From contig NC_068999.1 in assembly GCF_001194135.2 (NCBI RefSeq), forward strand, positions 13,792,943 through 13,827,594: a stretch of DNA of 34,652 nt, written 5' to 3'. Source of the DNA: Octopus bimaculoides. Its lineage: Eukaryota. This document shows positions 12,527 through 24,955 of this stretch, piece after piece. Under the pieces are notes generated by a model, which searched no databases, was not told the DNA's origin, and saw only the letters and a list, made by a program, of their open reading frames with translations. The translations under genes and the position numbers were made by a program. How positions within the stretch are numbered: position 1 is the stretch's first letter; every line of letters starts with the position of its first letter.

Positions 12527-13120
12527 TCATATACCGGTGGATTCTTCCCGCTTTGGCTCATACCAGGTCTCTGTTAATTCATATTGATATTTACCGCATA
12601 AGAGCAAATGAAGATGCCCACACACTTTATCGTGGCGGCGCTTGTATTCTTTTTCTACAAGGCTCTCACATCCACTTACCCAGTGGGTTACATTTACTAC
12701 ATTCTTTCCACAGTGTCTATATTTCTGGGTGTCAAAAGTGTTATAGATGTTACACTTCACTGCTTTGGTAGCGAGAGTCTGAACATGTGCAGCAACGGTC
12801 AGGCTTTCGCTGGTACGCTTCAAATCACTTCTCGCAAGCATGTTCTCGCAAGCATGTCCTTAACATATTGTGTATTCCTTTCAAACTCTCCATGCATTCT
12901 CATTTCAAACAGGTCTTATTTACTCTACTCCTCAGCTCTTTGGATAAACTCCTCCTTGTCCCTCAATTCATCTGCATTTCCACCCATATCTTTCGCAGCA
13001 TATTTCAGCAGTTCTTCATCACTATCAAATACTCGGCAAACTTCCTCCTTTCACTCCTTATACAATGGTCTATACTAATTAGTCCTCTGCCACTATTCTT
13101 TCTTTTCATACACATGAACA
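12527..13120 (-). mobile_element. R4/Dong-like LINE fragment (thumb to zinc-knuckle region)
   Basis: YMKRKNSGRGLISI..MHGEF..SDLKRTSESLTVAAHVQTLAT..RHCGKNVVNVTHWVSGCESLVEKEYKRRHDKVCGHLH..WYE. Confidence 0.9.
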
Positions 13121-13610
13121 TTAAACAAAAATTAAGGAGGTAAGCACCTGCCAACATATACAAAATGCACAGTTACGAAAACTGTAAACCACAACAAAAT
13201 TTATAAAGCGTAATGGAAGGGAAAAAAAAATTCGGAAATTTAAAAAAATCAGTGTACATATATAATTATTTTTTGTATCAGTAATTAAAAATAAAACAAG
13301 CTGAATTGCTTATTTTCAAAGCCAACGTAAACACTCCCATTGATCACTAGTAGTAGTAAACCCATTTGACCTCTGCTGACCCAAAGTGTTTGAGGCCTCT
13401 TTTGTCTCTTTATCGCACAGGAATGTCCATTGCTGACCTCCTCACCATCTGCCAATTTATTTAGAGACCTGTAGTATCTCGTCTACTCACCAAGCTGTTA
13501 CTCTTCCTCCTAATATTCTCTTCAGCACGCATATATTTATGATTAACTCATGTAAAAGACAAAGTTGAAGCTGGACAGGATTTAATATCTTTTAATAATA
13601 AATGGAAATT

Positions 13611-13622
13611 GTAATAATAATG

Positions 13623-13686
<64 letters not shown>

Positions 13687-13722
13687 TGATGATAATGATA
13701 ATAATAATAATAATAATAATAA

Positions 13723-13772
<50 letters not shown>

Positions 13773-13800
13773 AGNNNNNNNNNNAGAAGAAGAAGAAGAA

Positions 13801-13832
<32 letters not shown>

Positions 13833-13945
13833 AGAAGAAAAAGAAGAAGAAGAAGAAGAAGAAGAAGAAGAAGAAGAAGAAGAAGAAGAAGAAGAAGAAG
13901 AACAACAACAACAACAACAAGAACAAGAACAAGAACAACAAGAAC
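13611..13945. repeat. Compound trinucleotide array (AAT)n-(GAT)-(AAT)n-(GAA)n-(CAA)n
   Basis: Direct repeat; includes a 10-N gap. Confidence 0.95.
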
Positions 13946-13964
13946 AACAAGAGGAAGTAGAAGT

Positions 13965-14115
13965 GTTACCTGCAAACGTAAACTGAATGTATATGAAAAG
14001 AAAGAATGGTGGCAGAGGAGTGATTAGTATAGGCCATTGTATAAGGAGGTAAAGGAGAACGCTTGCCGAGTATTCTATGAATAATGACGAAGGTCTGCTG
14101 CAATACAGCGGGACC
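13965..14115 (+). mobile_element. R4/Dong-like LINE fragment, inverted relative to 12994-13115
   Basis: MYMKRKNGGRGVISIGHCIRR; the nucleotide sequence aligns with the reverse complement of 12994-13115. Confidence 0.85.
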
Positions 14116-14289
14116 TGTATCATTATTGATATTTTTAGATTAAAGGTAGAACGATGGTGATAAGGATAATCAGTGTGGTTATGGAGGCGACACAATGCAA
14201 GCACGTTATTTATGTATGTGTGTATGTACATACATGTATATAAAATAAAGGGAGCAAGAGAGAGATGAGTGCTCAGTGGCAACTCTCGT

Positions 14290-14510
14290 GCGGACCCCAC
14301 GAACGACTCATGAAATCATGATGCAACACAACAGGGAAAGAATTAACAGCAAGAATGAAGTTAAAGTCGATCATGTGAAGGTTTCCCTCCGGATGGTCGT
14401 TATGTCACAACAGATCACATAGACAAATTGCGCTAAAACAGTCAGCAGTGGAAGAGTACGATACATTCTATTGAATATCATGAAGGAGTAAAGCTGAAAA
14501 GAATTCGTGG
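14290..14510 (+). mobile_element. Possible mariner transposase HTH-region relic
   Basis: Loose match (DGRYVTT..VSSGRVRYIL) to the mariner DRRxT..IS.G.V..IL region; frameshifted. Confidence 0.3.
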
Positions 14511-14559
14511 ACCTTTAAATTTTTGACTGCGAATGATTACTTTTTTTAATATTCCTTCG

Positions 14560-15062
14560 TAACACAGTGTAGATAAAAATACAGCGTCGTCTTTAGTCAT
14601 CAGTCAACTCAGGACAGATAACATCTTCCATTAGATGTGCATTGTGCCCAATAAGTCTGCTTTTCGCGCGACATCAATCTTGCATGTGATTTTCAGTTGC
14701 CTTAAGAAGTTTTGAAATTTCCATGGGATTGAGACCGATGTTCCAATCCTCACAAGTATCATTTTTACTTTACTCTTTCGCATTCCATACCGTCTTGCCG
14801 TTTCCAGTTTCATTTCGGAGTACATCGTAACATGTTCAACCTCTTTACTCACAACATTCATATCAGTAGGTATGGCTACATCAATGATCTAATAGTATTT
14901 GTTTCTCTTATTCGATATGACAATATCCGCCCAGTGGCGTTGGACTACACGATCCGTCAGAAAACCATAGTCCTAGAGTATCGTTATTTTTAAATCCTCC
15001 TGTATATCTTTACTCGGTACATACTCATACCAGTTCTCAGTTACTTCATATTGGTATCTAAA
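14560..15062 (-). mobile_element. R4/Dong-like LINE 3' end with restriction-like endonuclease
   Basis: RYQYEVTENWYE..ITIL*DYGFLTDR..WADIV..IIDVAIPTDMNVVSKEVEH..Y..KADLLGTMHI*, i.e. the PD-(D/E)xK RLE motif layout followed by a 3' UTR. Confidence 0.9.
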
Positions 15063-15083
15063 GTACAAGAGCTGGTTGTTTTA

Positions 15084-15086
<3 letters not shown>

Positions 15087-15155
<69 letters not shown>
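15087..15155. repeat. (GTA)n microsatellite
   Basis: Direct simple repeat. Confidence 0.95.
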
Positions 15156-15156
<1 letters not shown>

Positions 15157-15510
15157 ACTTTACCGACAGCAGTCTAGTTTTATTTCGGCTTTTCAATCTT
15201 TTTGGCACAATTACTTTATATGGTATCGAGTAAACATTTTCCTAGCTTTTGTTATATGTCCAGTGAGAAGGAACCTTCTATTTGTACGTGCTTCATGATA
15301 GGCTACACGAGGTTCCATATGCCCGTTTCAGTCCTTCCAGGGCGAAAAAAGGAAACACTTCCTTGTAGGAAGAGAGAGGGAGACAGAAACAGAAAGGCGA
15401 ACATACACACAAGCTCACAGGAGCGCGCACTTACACGCACACATACATACAAACAGAGAAATACACTCCCCCTACACAAATATATTTGTGTACATGTGTG
15501 TATTCATACT

Positions 15511-15705
15511 TACGAGGGGTTAGTGAAACGTTCCTGACACTGACCGATAGAAGATAGAGGAGGACAGTTATTTATGATTATCTTCAACACATTTTCCACT
15601 CATATTCACAAAATTATTGCAGCGTTCCTTCAGTGTTTCTAAGCGCTACAAACGAACTCAGAATAATTGGCCTCAATCCATGCCTTTCCGGAACCTTTAA
15701 AGTGC
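15511..15705 (-). mobile_element. mariner 3' end remnant with TIR
   Basis: TIR-like tacgaggggttagtgaaacgttcctg at 15511. The minus strand encodes the transposase C-terminus KAWIEANYSEF../LETLKERCNNFVNMSGKCVE. Confidence 0.7.
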
Positions 15706-15730
15706 GGAACTTCCCACTGTATCTGTATCC

Positions 15731-15773
<43 letters not shown>

Positions 15774-16761
15774 ATAAACACACACACACACACACATACA
15801 CATTTCTCTCTCTNNNNNNNNNNNNNNNNNNNNNNNNNNNNNNNNNNNNNNNNNNNNNNNNNNNNNNNNNNNNNNNNNNNNNNNNNNNNNNNNNNNNNNN
15901 NNNNNNNNNNNNNNNNNNNNNNNNNNNNNNNNNNNNNNNNNNNNNNNNNNNNNNNNNNNNNNNNNNNNNNNNNNNNNNNNNNNNNNNNNNNNNNNNNNNN
16001 NNNNNNNNNNNNNNNNNNNNNNNNNNNNNNNNNNNNNNNNNNNNNNNNNNNNNNNNNNNNNNNNNNNNNNNNNNNNNNNNNNNNNNNNNNNNNNNNNNNN
16101 NNNNNNNNNNNNNNNNNNNNNNNNNNNNNNNNNNNNNNNNNNNNNNNNNNNNNNNNNNNNNNNNNNNNNNNNNNNNNNNNNNNNNNNNNNNNNNNNNNNN
16201 NNNNNNNNNNNNNNNNNNNNNNNNNNNNNNNNNNNNNNNNNNNNNNNNNNNNNNNNNNNNNNNNNNNNNNNNNNNNNNNNNNNNNNNNNNNNNNNNNNNN
16301 NNNNNNNNNNNNNNNNNNNNNNNNNNNNNNNNNNNNNNNNNNNNNNNNNNNNNNNNNNNNNNNNNNNNNNNNNNNNNNNNNNNNNNNNNNNNNNNNNNNN
16401 NNNNNNNNNNNNNNNNNNNNNNNNNNNNNNNNNNNNNNNNNNNNNNNNNNNNNNNNNNNNNNNNNNNNNNNNNNNNNNNNNNNNNNNNNNNNNNNNNNNN
16501 NNNNNNNNNNNNNNNNNNNNNNNNNNNNNNNNNNNNNNNNNNNNNNNNNNNNNNNNNNNNNNNNNNNNNNNNNNNNNNNNNNNNNNNNNNNNNNNNNNNN
16601 NNNNNNNNNNNNNNNNNNNNNNNNNNNNNNNNNNNNNNNNNNNNNNNNNNNNNNNNNNNNNNNNNNNNNNNNNNNNNNNNNNNNNNNNNNNNNNNNNNNN
16701 NNNNNNNNNNNNNNNNNNNNNNNNNNNNNNNNNNNNNNNNNNNNNNNNNNNNNNNNNNNNN

Positions 16762-16814
<53 letters not shown>

Positions 16815-17989
16815 CACAAAGACATATGTAAATATCGTAGTTACCAGTTATGCTGTCACATGTTGTAAGGATATTTTATATGTGCTATAATATATTAGAG
16901 GCAGAATATAAATGAAAGGTAATTATATAAGCAGTTGCTTTATATTATTTTTGAAATTAAATTATTGATTGTATGCCCATAACCAACATTTTTGTATAGC
17001 AACATTATGTAATCATAACAGAATAGTTATGCTTTTGCTGATGACATTTACAAAATGTTTCTCTATGACACTATTTAAAATAATATATTTGAATTAACCC
17101 TTAACCTGGTAATTTTTGATTATTTAAATGAGTAATTGAATAATTTCACATCATATTGCCTCTGTTATATTGTACATTCATGTTTCGTTGCACGTTAATA
17201 TTTTGTTTGTATTCAGCCATGAATGCATTCTTCTGGGCAATTAATAGAATATTAACTTATCACTGATTGCTTTACATTCGTTTCACGTGCGTTCAATGCA
17301 GATCCCTTTGTTGAAGAGTTTAATTTCGTGCAATTTAATACACACCATTGATATTGCATCGTTAGTTCATCTAGATGAGTTAATGTCTCTAGGCAAACCT
17401 TATTGATTAGAAAGTGCAACAGAGTGCAGGTAAAAATTGTAATTGATGAGGGGATGCGTTCTACTCAGTTACGATAAATCCTATGTCTTATCAAATTAAT
17501 TAGGGTTGAAAATAAATTGTGCTTCATTTCTAATAATAAGAACTCATCACTTCCCAATATTCAACATGTTTCGTACACGCATATGGTTTTCAGTGAATCA
17601 CGCAACTTGTCTTTTCAACATGTTAACTATTATTTTACATTGATGTTTTATTATGGATAATATTTGAATTGATATTTAATCATAACCTCGTGGTCATTTC
17701 CACGATCATTAATTCCACATCCCCATGAATATCTTTATCGTTATAGCATTCATCATCATCATTGTCATTTTCATTGCCATCTTCACTAATGTCGTTTTCG
17801 TCTCCAAAGGCATCGTTTTCGTTCTGGCAATTGTCTTCTCCTTCGATCTCATGAACTTGATAATTGGGATTATTCTTAACTCCATCTCATTTACCATGAT
17901 CACTTATTTTACATTAATTGGCTAACATTTGATACTTTTGATTGTCTCTAAAAGCAATTTGAGTATTTACCCTCTAATCTGCAAAAAAA

Positions 17990-18470
17990 AGAAAAACAAA
18001 ACATGTGGCTCCTCCTCGCTTATCTGAAGAAACAGATATATCATCTGCTTCATTATTCCGAAATGGCTGTGTGATATTTTACACTCTTATCGAAAATATC
18101 CTGACCGTATGTACAAAAACAGTGTTAACCTCTAGTTTATCAGCGATTCTNNNNNNNNNNNNNNNNNNNNNNNNNNNNNNNNNNNNNNNNNNNNNNNNNN
18201 NNNNNNNNNNNNNNNNNNNNNNNNNNNNNNNNNNNNNNNNNNNNNNNNNNNNNNNNNNNNNNNNNNNNNNNNNNNNNNNNNNNNNNNNNNNNNNNNNNNN
18301 NNNNNNNNNNNTATATATATATGGATGCGTGTATGAGCATACTTCTCTTTTGCCATCTGTGATATTGCTTTTGATTTTATTTTAAATCTTCTATATAAAT
18401 GAAGATATTTCTTCCGTCTGGCTGCTTTGATTTCTTCAAAACGAGAAGCTACATTGCAGAACTCTTATTG
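17990..18470 (-). mobile_element. Possible Penelope-like element relic (pre-RT region), spanning an N gap
   Basis: NNEADDISVSSDKRGGATCF resembles the PLE DIxIxxADKGxAxV motif; upstream RFEEIKAARRKKYLHL. Weak. Confidence 0.3.
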
Positions 18471-18839
18471 TAACGAGTCGTACTTATTTATCACCCGACG
18501 AGATATATCTGCAATGCCGGACGCTCCATAATGTCCTACATATGTTGGATCGACGCTACATGTGTTGAGTCAATTGTCGTGATTAATATAAAATTCTCGT
18601 ATATTCCATCTTCCATTTTCAATTGCCATATGCATAACGATCACTGTGAAAGTGACAGTCTTTAACAGGCAGCTACCAAACGTAATCCATTCCTCTTATT
18701 ATTCAGTAACTATAACCAATTTCCGATTTACAGGATGAAGGTGCTATACGGCAGAGTACTAAGATGATGGATAAAATAACAATGGATGTTTCTCTAAGGG
18801 ACATAACTATAACAAGTAGGAAGGATTATATACGTGATT

Positions 18840-19340
18840 CCTTAGAGAAAACGAACCAATGTGTACGCAGAATGCGGTGGGAAGCTTTGTTTTCGACAAG
18901 GGGCTTAAACCGAACGACAAACCTGAACATGGTGAACTACTAAGAAAAGTAATATTGACATTTAGAATGAACTCACCGTAACCAATACCTAACCAGATTT
19001 GAAGAAGATTTATATAATTGGGTGAAGAGCGTGAAGTTCAGGGAGGTGTAATATACATCAGCAAAAAAGTCAGAAAATTACTTGCGGAATTCAACAAAGC
19101 TACGGGCATACTTGTACCAGCGGACAAAACCTGAAACACATACATTGTTGATATCGAGCTATATGAGTCTATAATCAGAAAGGAATTATGCAGCAAATAT
19201 AGACATGCTAGTAACGACGTATTAAAAAGAATTAACAATGCAGGGCTACGACTAGTCAGATACCTAGCCACATATAATAGAATCGAGCCGTACGTCCCGG
19301 AAAATCCCGGATTATGCTTAAGCATCATAAGCCTTATCGA
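18840..19340 (+). mobile_element. Penelope-like element ORF relic (N-terminal to the RT core)
   Basis: LEKTNQCVRRMRWEA, LTRFEEDLYNWVKSVKFR, ILVPADKT*NTYIV, RINNA..RIEPY. The RMRW and PADKTxNxY motifs are typical of marine-invertebrate PLEs. Confidence 0.7.
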
Positions 19341-20184
19341 CCCTTCAGTTAAAGTGATTTGTATTTCTAAATCCGATATAGTCATTCTTAGTAAAAGCAA
19401 AAATGATTGCCAGGGTAATCATTGATGATTGCCAAATACTAGTGCCTTCCCTCCTTAGCCGATTCATTGCTAAAGGGCTCCATTTCTAGAGACATCTAGT
19501 CTATCAAACTCGTGTTTCACAATTCAAAGCCTGTCATTATTTTCTAGTTTAGGACTTTTCTCAACAACTAAAAACCCCGTTATATTCAGACCAAGATAAA
19601 AAAAAAGAATATGCATTGTATTTGATGAGCAGATTTGCTAACATCTGCTCTCACATGTTAATCAAGTAAACTGAGATCTTTCAATTAATAATAATACTTC
19701 AGTACACTTCTCCAGCCACCGGCATGCAACGTAACTATTAAATGAAGAGCGTAAGACTTATTTAAGGTATTAACTAGGAAGTTGCTTCTCCATTAACAGA
19801 CGAAGCAGAAACATAAAACTTCATGTACTTCTTTCCAAAACGAATGCGACCTTATTATCTCGGAACAAACGTTTACACATATATACATTATTATTTAGAT
19901 CTTATACATTAGTATGTGGTTTTACATTGACATTTCGCAATTCTTCTACCATTTACAGAAGAGTAATTTTTTTTATTTCTATCATTACCAGATCAGTGCT
20001 TCTTCTATATTCATCTTTTCTAATCACGTAAAAGAACGCATGTGTCTTGCATTGCAATTCAACACCCTATTCCTGTGGTACATGATAGTTAAGTATTATT
20101 CAAAATGCTAAAAAGCAAAGAATTATATTTCGCCTTCCTGGACGTTCTCTCGCTGGTTAAGTTAATTTGGTTGAGATAATGTCA

Positions 20185-20228
<44 letters not shown>

Positions 20229-22085
20229 TGTCTAATACAGTACATATGTATTATCACAATGTTCTCTTATGTCAGATTCCCCTTTGAGTTTTACGCTCAA
20301 CTTTGTAAGGGCGTCTTCTAAAAATATACAAATTCAGTTATAGCTGCTTTATAATTCATACGCTCCAAAAGAAATGAATATATTAGCATACACCCGAGAT
20401 ACTGCAGTCGGAAACATATGATCGATTATACAATATTATTGTTCTTTCTTACGAAATATATAAACCTGCTAAAAAGAAATGCTCGGGTCGAACCATCAGA
20501 CAAAATATAAGAATTAAGATATAAACTCAAATTAGCTAATCATACTCATACATTTATAAGTGTATTCTACCTGGACATGATCTCTAGAAACGGATGTTGA
20601 AAATAAACCTCCTATACCTTATATGCCATTTATATATAAAAACAAAACCGATAAAAACACACAAACACTCACACACTCTTTCAGCCGCTCTTAATTTCAG
20701 TACAGAAAACATTTTCTTTCCTTCCTCTTTTTATTCGTCCTCTTTTTGTCAAACTTCTTTCCATACATATGCCCCATGGGTTTTATTTATATGTATTTTA
20801 TGCATATTTAACTATATATTTATATTTTATGAATATTTTTAACAATTCATATCTGTAGATATGTATTATTATATGAATTCGCATTTTAAGTCGAATTTAT
20901 AAATGCATGAGTATGATTGCCTAATTGCGTTTATATCTTAATTCTTAATTATACATACATACATATATACATACATACATACATATANNNNNNNNNNNNN
21001 NNNNNNNNNNNNNNNNNNNNNNNNNNNNNNNNNNNNNNNNNNNNNNNNNNNNNNNNNNNNNNNNNNNNNNNNNNNNNNNNNNNNNNNNGAGAGAGAGAGA
21101 GAGAGAGAGAGAGAGTGAGAGAGAGAGATATGGAGAGATAGATTGATAGATAGATACGTACATACATAGGTACATACATGCGTGCAAGTATATAGTAAAT
21201 GAATGGATTATTTGCGAAAGCCTGTTCTTCCAAATATAAATGTTGAAATCTGATTAACTATTGAATGCTATAGCAGAGTCGCTTACAATTAGATGAAGCT
21301 ATAGAAAGCTGGCGAAAATGTATAGTCAGCATTAAACATATAACTAAAATGCCTGATATGGAATAATCAATGTCATTTGTAAGAATGTTCGACCTTTCAG
21401 TGATAATATGAATTAAACATCACTTCGAAGCTCATAAATTTACTATGTTACTGCCTATCCTAGAAGGCAACATTTCATAAACAAATCGACTTCTCTTACG
21501 TGTGAGCTGGTTTAAATCTCAGTTCAATACTGGCCTGATATTTTACTATGACTGGCGCATATATATTCATTGATCGAGACTTCGTAAGATAAATGCCAAT
21601 TTTAATTCCAATAGTCGCTACTGTCAGTGTAATACCACCTGATTTCAATAATACGATTAACTACAAGCAAACCACATTAAACACTTTGTTATAGTGAATA
21701 ACATCGTTGATTTTAATTGTAAAGCAGGAACAGACATTACAAAGTTACGGATGTATGGCTGATTATTATTGGTAACATTCAGTACAGTTTTCAAACTCAA
21801 AAGCTTCATTTTAAACGTATTTTGTGCCAAGGTTTCGCGTTGTCTTTCCTCAAAAGAAAGTTTCCTTTTTTGCATACAGATTTAACGTAAATAACTGAAT
21901 TGTGTACAACAAAATACTGGTATTTTCTACTGTAGAACTTGAGCAAACGACGCCATTTATTTCTGGATAACACCCCTCGCGGTATACCAGATACTATCTT
22001 ATGTATGTATATATGTATGCATACAGGTAATTGATTAAGCATTGGGTATGCATCAAGTAGTTAGACAGTGAAGCACGTTCGTTGC

Positions 22086-22300
22086 CTATGTCTACCTCAC
22101 CTTTCTATGTATGTATGCATGTACGTATGCATGTATGTATGCATATATGTATGCATGTATGTATTTATACTTGTGTGCGTGCATGTCTGTATGCATGTAT
22201 GTATTTATGTATGCATGTATGTATGTATACTTGTGTGCGTGTATGTCTGTATGCATGTATGTATTTATGTATGCATGCCTTATATGCGTATGCATGTGTG
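22086..22300. repeat. Purine-pyrimidine alternating repeat with a 60-bp higher-order unit (~2.2 copies, 22146-22277)
   Basis: The lines starting at 22141 and 22201 are near-identical at a 60-nt period. Confidence 0.9.
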
Positions 22301-23883
22301 TAGTTGACATTGAGCCAATATTTGTGATTCTTTGTGTCTATACGAGGAAGAATACCTGTGGATAAGATTTTCGGATTGGAAATAAAACGCTATTGCATGA
22401 AACCTGTAACTTCTAACACACCGCGACAAACTCTACGTAAATAAAACCCTCGTAGATTAAAACCGATTAATACGTGTAAAACAACGAGTTGATTATTTTG
22501 AAATCGAAGTAGGTGGCCATAGGAACGCTCCGTGATAAGAATTGTCAACGTGCAGACAGTGCAAGAAAAAATATCTTGTTGATATAAGAATGAAATAGCT
22601 CTTTGCTAACGAGAGAGCGTTCCACACTACTAGAAATGCATGAGAATTGCATTTCTTAGTATATGAAGCAGGCAATACAGAACATGCAAATGTATGACAT
22701 ATTTCAAATATGCAATCGATTCTTCTCAGAACACGTTGTAAGAAATTAAGGAATATAAATTATGAAATGTGATGTTTGGAAGAGATGAATCGAAACAAGT
22801 AACAGACACTCTCAATAGACAGCATTGTATAGAATACATAATATTGTCAGACATTGTGTACTTCGGGAAGAGAATTTGACGTAATATCCATTATTTCATA
22901 CACACTCCTCAAACGTACAAGCATACATACACACGCACACATATGTATACATATATATGTATACATTTACATATGCATAAAATTCACTCTTAACATACTG
23001 GACGGTCTGGATCTAACATCAAATATTATTCAGAGTGATAAGACTAAAACGAATCGTCTTTGTTTGCAAAGCGAAAATCTGTATCACACGTATACTTCCA
23101 CCTATACACATATACACACATTGAAACACAAACATTGTTGCAATCAAACACACACACACACACAAATACGCCCGCACGTAAACACGCACACACACGCACA
23201 CGCACACATACTGATACAAACATTCATAAATACACATAAATATGTGCGTGTATATATGCACAAACACAAACACTCGTTTATGTGTTTTCATAAACACGAA
23301 TAGGTTATTAAATTCTAAAACCAATCGAGCTATAATAAAGTGGGTAATAACAGATCACATTGAAAATATTACAGACAGATGAAGTGATATGTGAATTATT
23401 TTACAGAAAACATAAATTCTCAAGCTTAATATATTGGAAAATGATACCTGGCAACTAACCAAATGGAGTATATGTATAGCCGTCACATATCGATAAATAG
23501 ATTGGTGATCGTTGTTAGTGACACATACCGAATTATTCATTGACGAAAATGATATTAAGTATAGAATATATTGACGACTCAGTCTTTTATATTTATTATG
23601 ATATTTGGCGCAGTTGCCGACACTTTCAAACTGGTGGAAATTGATGTTTAGAGATAATAATGATTTCCAACATTGGCACAAGCGCACATATTTTTAACTC
23701 AAAAATCAATCATTTGGATAGATATCGTTCCACGACTAACGTAGTTTTATATCAAGCAAGGAAGTACGAATTTGAACTGCAATTAGGTATCACAGGTTGA
23801 TGTATCACGATGTTATTTAAACAAAACCCAACTTTTCCAAAGTGTGACTTTGTGCGTACGCGTGAACATACATACATACATAC

Positions 23884-23939
<56 letters not shown>

Positions 23940-23942
<3 letters not shown>

Positions 23943-24085
23943 CAAAACATCCAGCTAGTTAGTTAATACAAGAAAGGGACAACAAAACATCCAGATAGAC
24001 GATACAAAGAAAACAAGGACACGTCATTCGGAGCTTTCTTTCCTCAGTCGAGTTGCAGATTATCTTTGCAATTTTGGCTGATTCT
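23940..24085. mobile_element. Terminal fragment of an interspersed repeat (possibly a PLE-type tail)
   Basis: caaaacatccag occurs twice, followed by atagacgatacaaagaaaacaaggac..ttcctcagtcgag..attatctttgcaattttggctg, resembling a recurrent octopus element end. Recall only. Confidence 0.4.
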
Positions 24086-24955
24086 TTGATCAGTTATACA
24101 AGTATACTCACGCACACGCACAACAGCACAAACGCACACACACATACGTGTTTCACACACACACACACATACTTACACAATTAGATACACAAATGCGCGC
24201 GCACACGCCCACATAAATATGCAGCAGAAGTATCAGAGTTATGAGAGTTACGTGAGTTGGCACTTAGCAAAGTTACTTCTAAAGATTAATAAAAATATAT
24301 ACACGTATTTTGAGTTCTACCTCTCCAGTTTACATGAAGGTACCTGTATATTACTTATATGACTATACGTATGTATGTATGTACGTATGTTTGTATATAA
24401 TTTGTATATAATTTCAGAAAAAAATTATATTAATGTGTCCAGCTGATTAACATTCTATTTAATTGTGCAGCGGATGATAGCTCTGCATTTAAATTGAGGT
24501 ATTGTTTGCATCGTTCAATTAAATGGGGTCGCTTGAAACGCTCATACTACACCTCTTCTTGATATATTGTTGCTTATTTTGATTTTATTCAACTTACTTC
24601 GAGGTGTGCGGAAATTACCGGACAGACTTGGTGCTTCAACTTAAGTACCTAATTCAACTGAATCTCAATTATTTGTTATATAAATGCCAATATATATATA
24701 TATATATATATATAATACATTTCTAAATCTCTCAGAGGGATTTATACAGTTGTGATCGGATCAAGTAGTTTTAGGTTGTCTACTTAATGTGGCAGTCCCA
24801 TAAAGGGAATAATACTACTGCTATTTAGACTTAGGAAGCAGCACCGCTTCCTGTCGGACTTGACACATTTCTTGTGTCGTTATGTTTACAAGTGAGCCCC
24901 TCACCTAGCTAACCCGCCGTCCAGAGACTAGTTTCTATTTGAATGACGAAAAGCA

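Noticed and set aside
13421-13500. Strong + strand acceptor (ctttatcgcacag); similar ones at about 17218, 19991 and 21878
   Set aside because: Reading frames hit stops before any good donor, or give no phase-compatible exon.
13548-14300. Poly-S/Y/I/R/F ORFs, and similar poly-T/V/N/I ORFs at 2812, 9612, 15051 and 31353
   Set aside because: These are translations of trinucleotide microsatellites.
23330-23700. Trp-rich coding-like stretch (ENDTWQLTKW..NWWKLMF..QHWHK)
   Set aside because: Multiple in-frame stops, no splice signals and no recognisable family.
24010-24055. Second hammerhead-like string on the minus strand (CTGAGGA..GAAT..GTC), with a weak echo at 54-75
   Set aside because: It has GAAT instead of GAAA, a poor stem II and no convincing stem I. 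Only a family consensus could rescue it.
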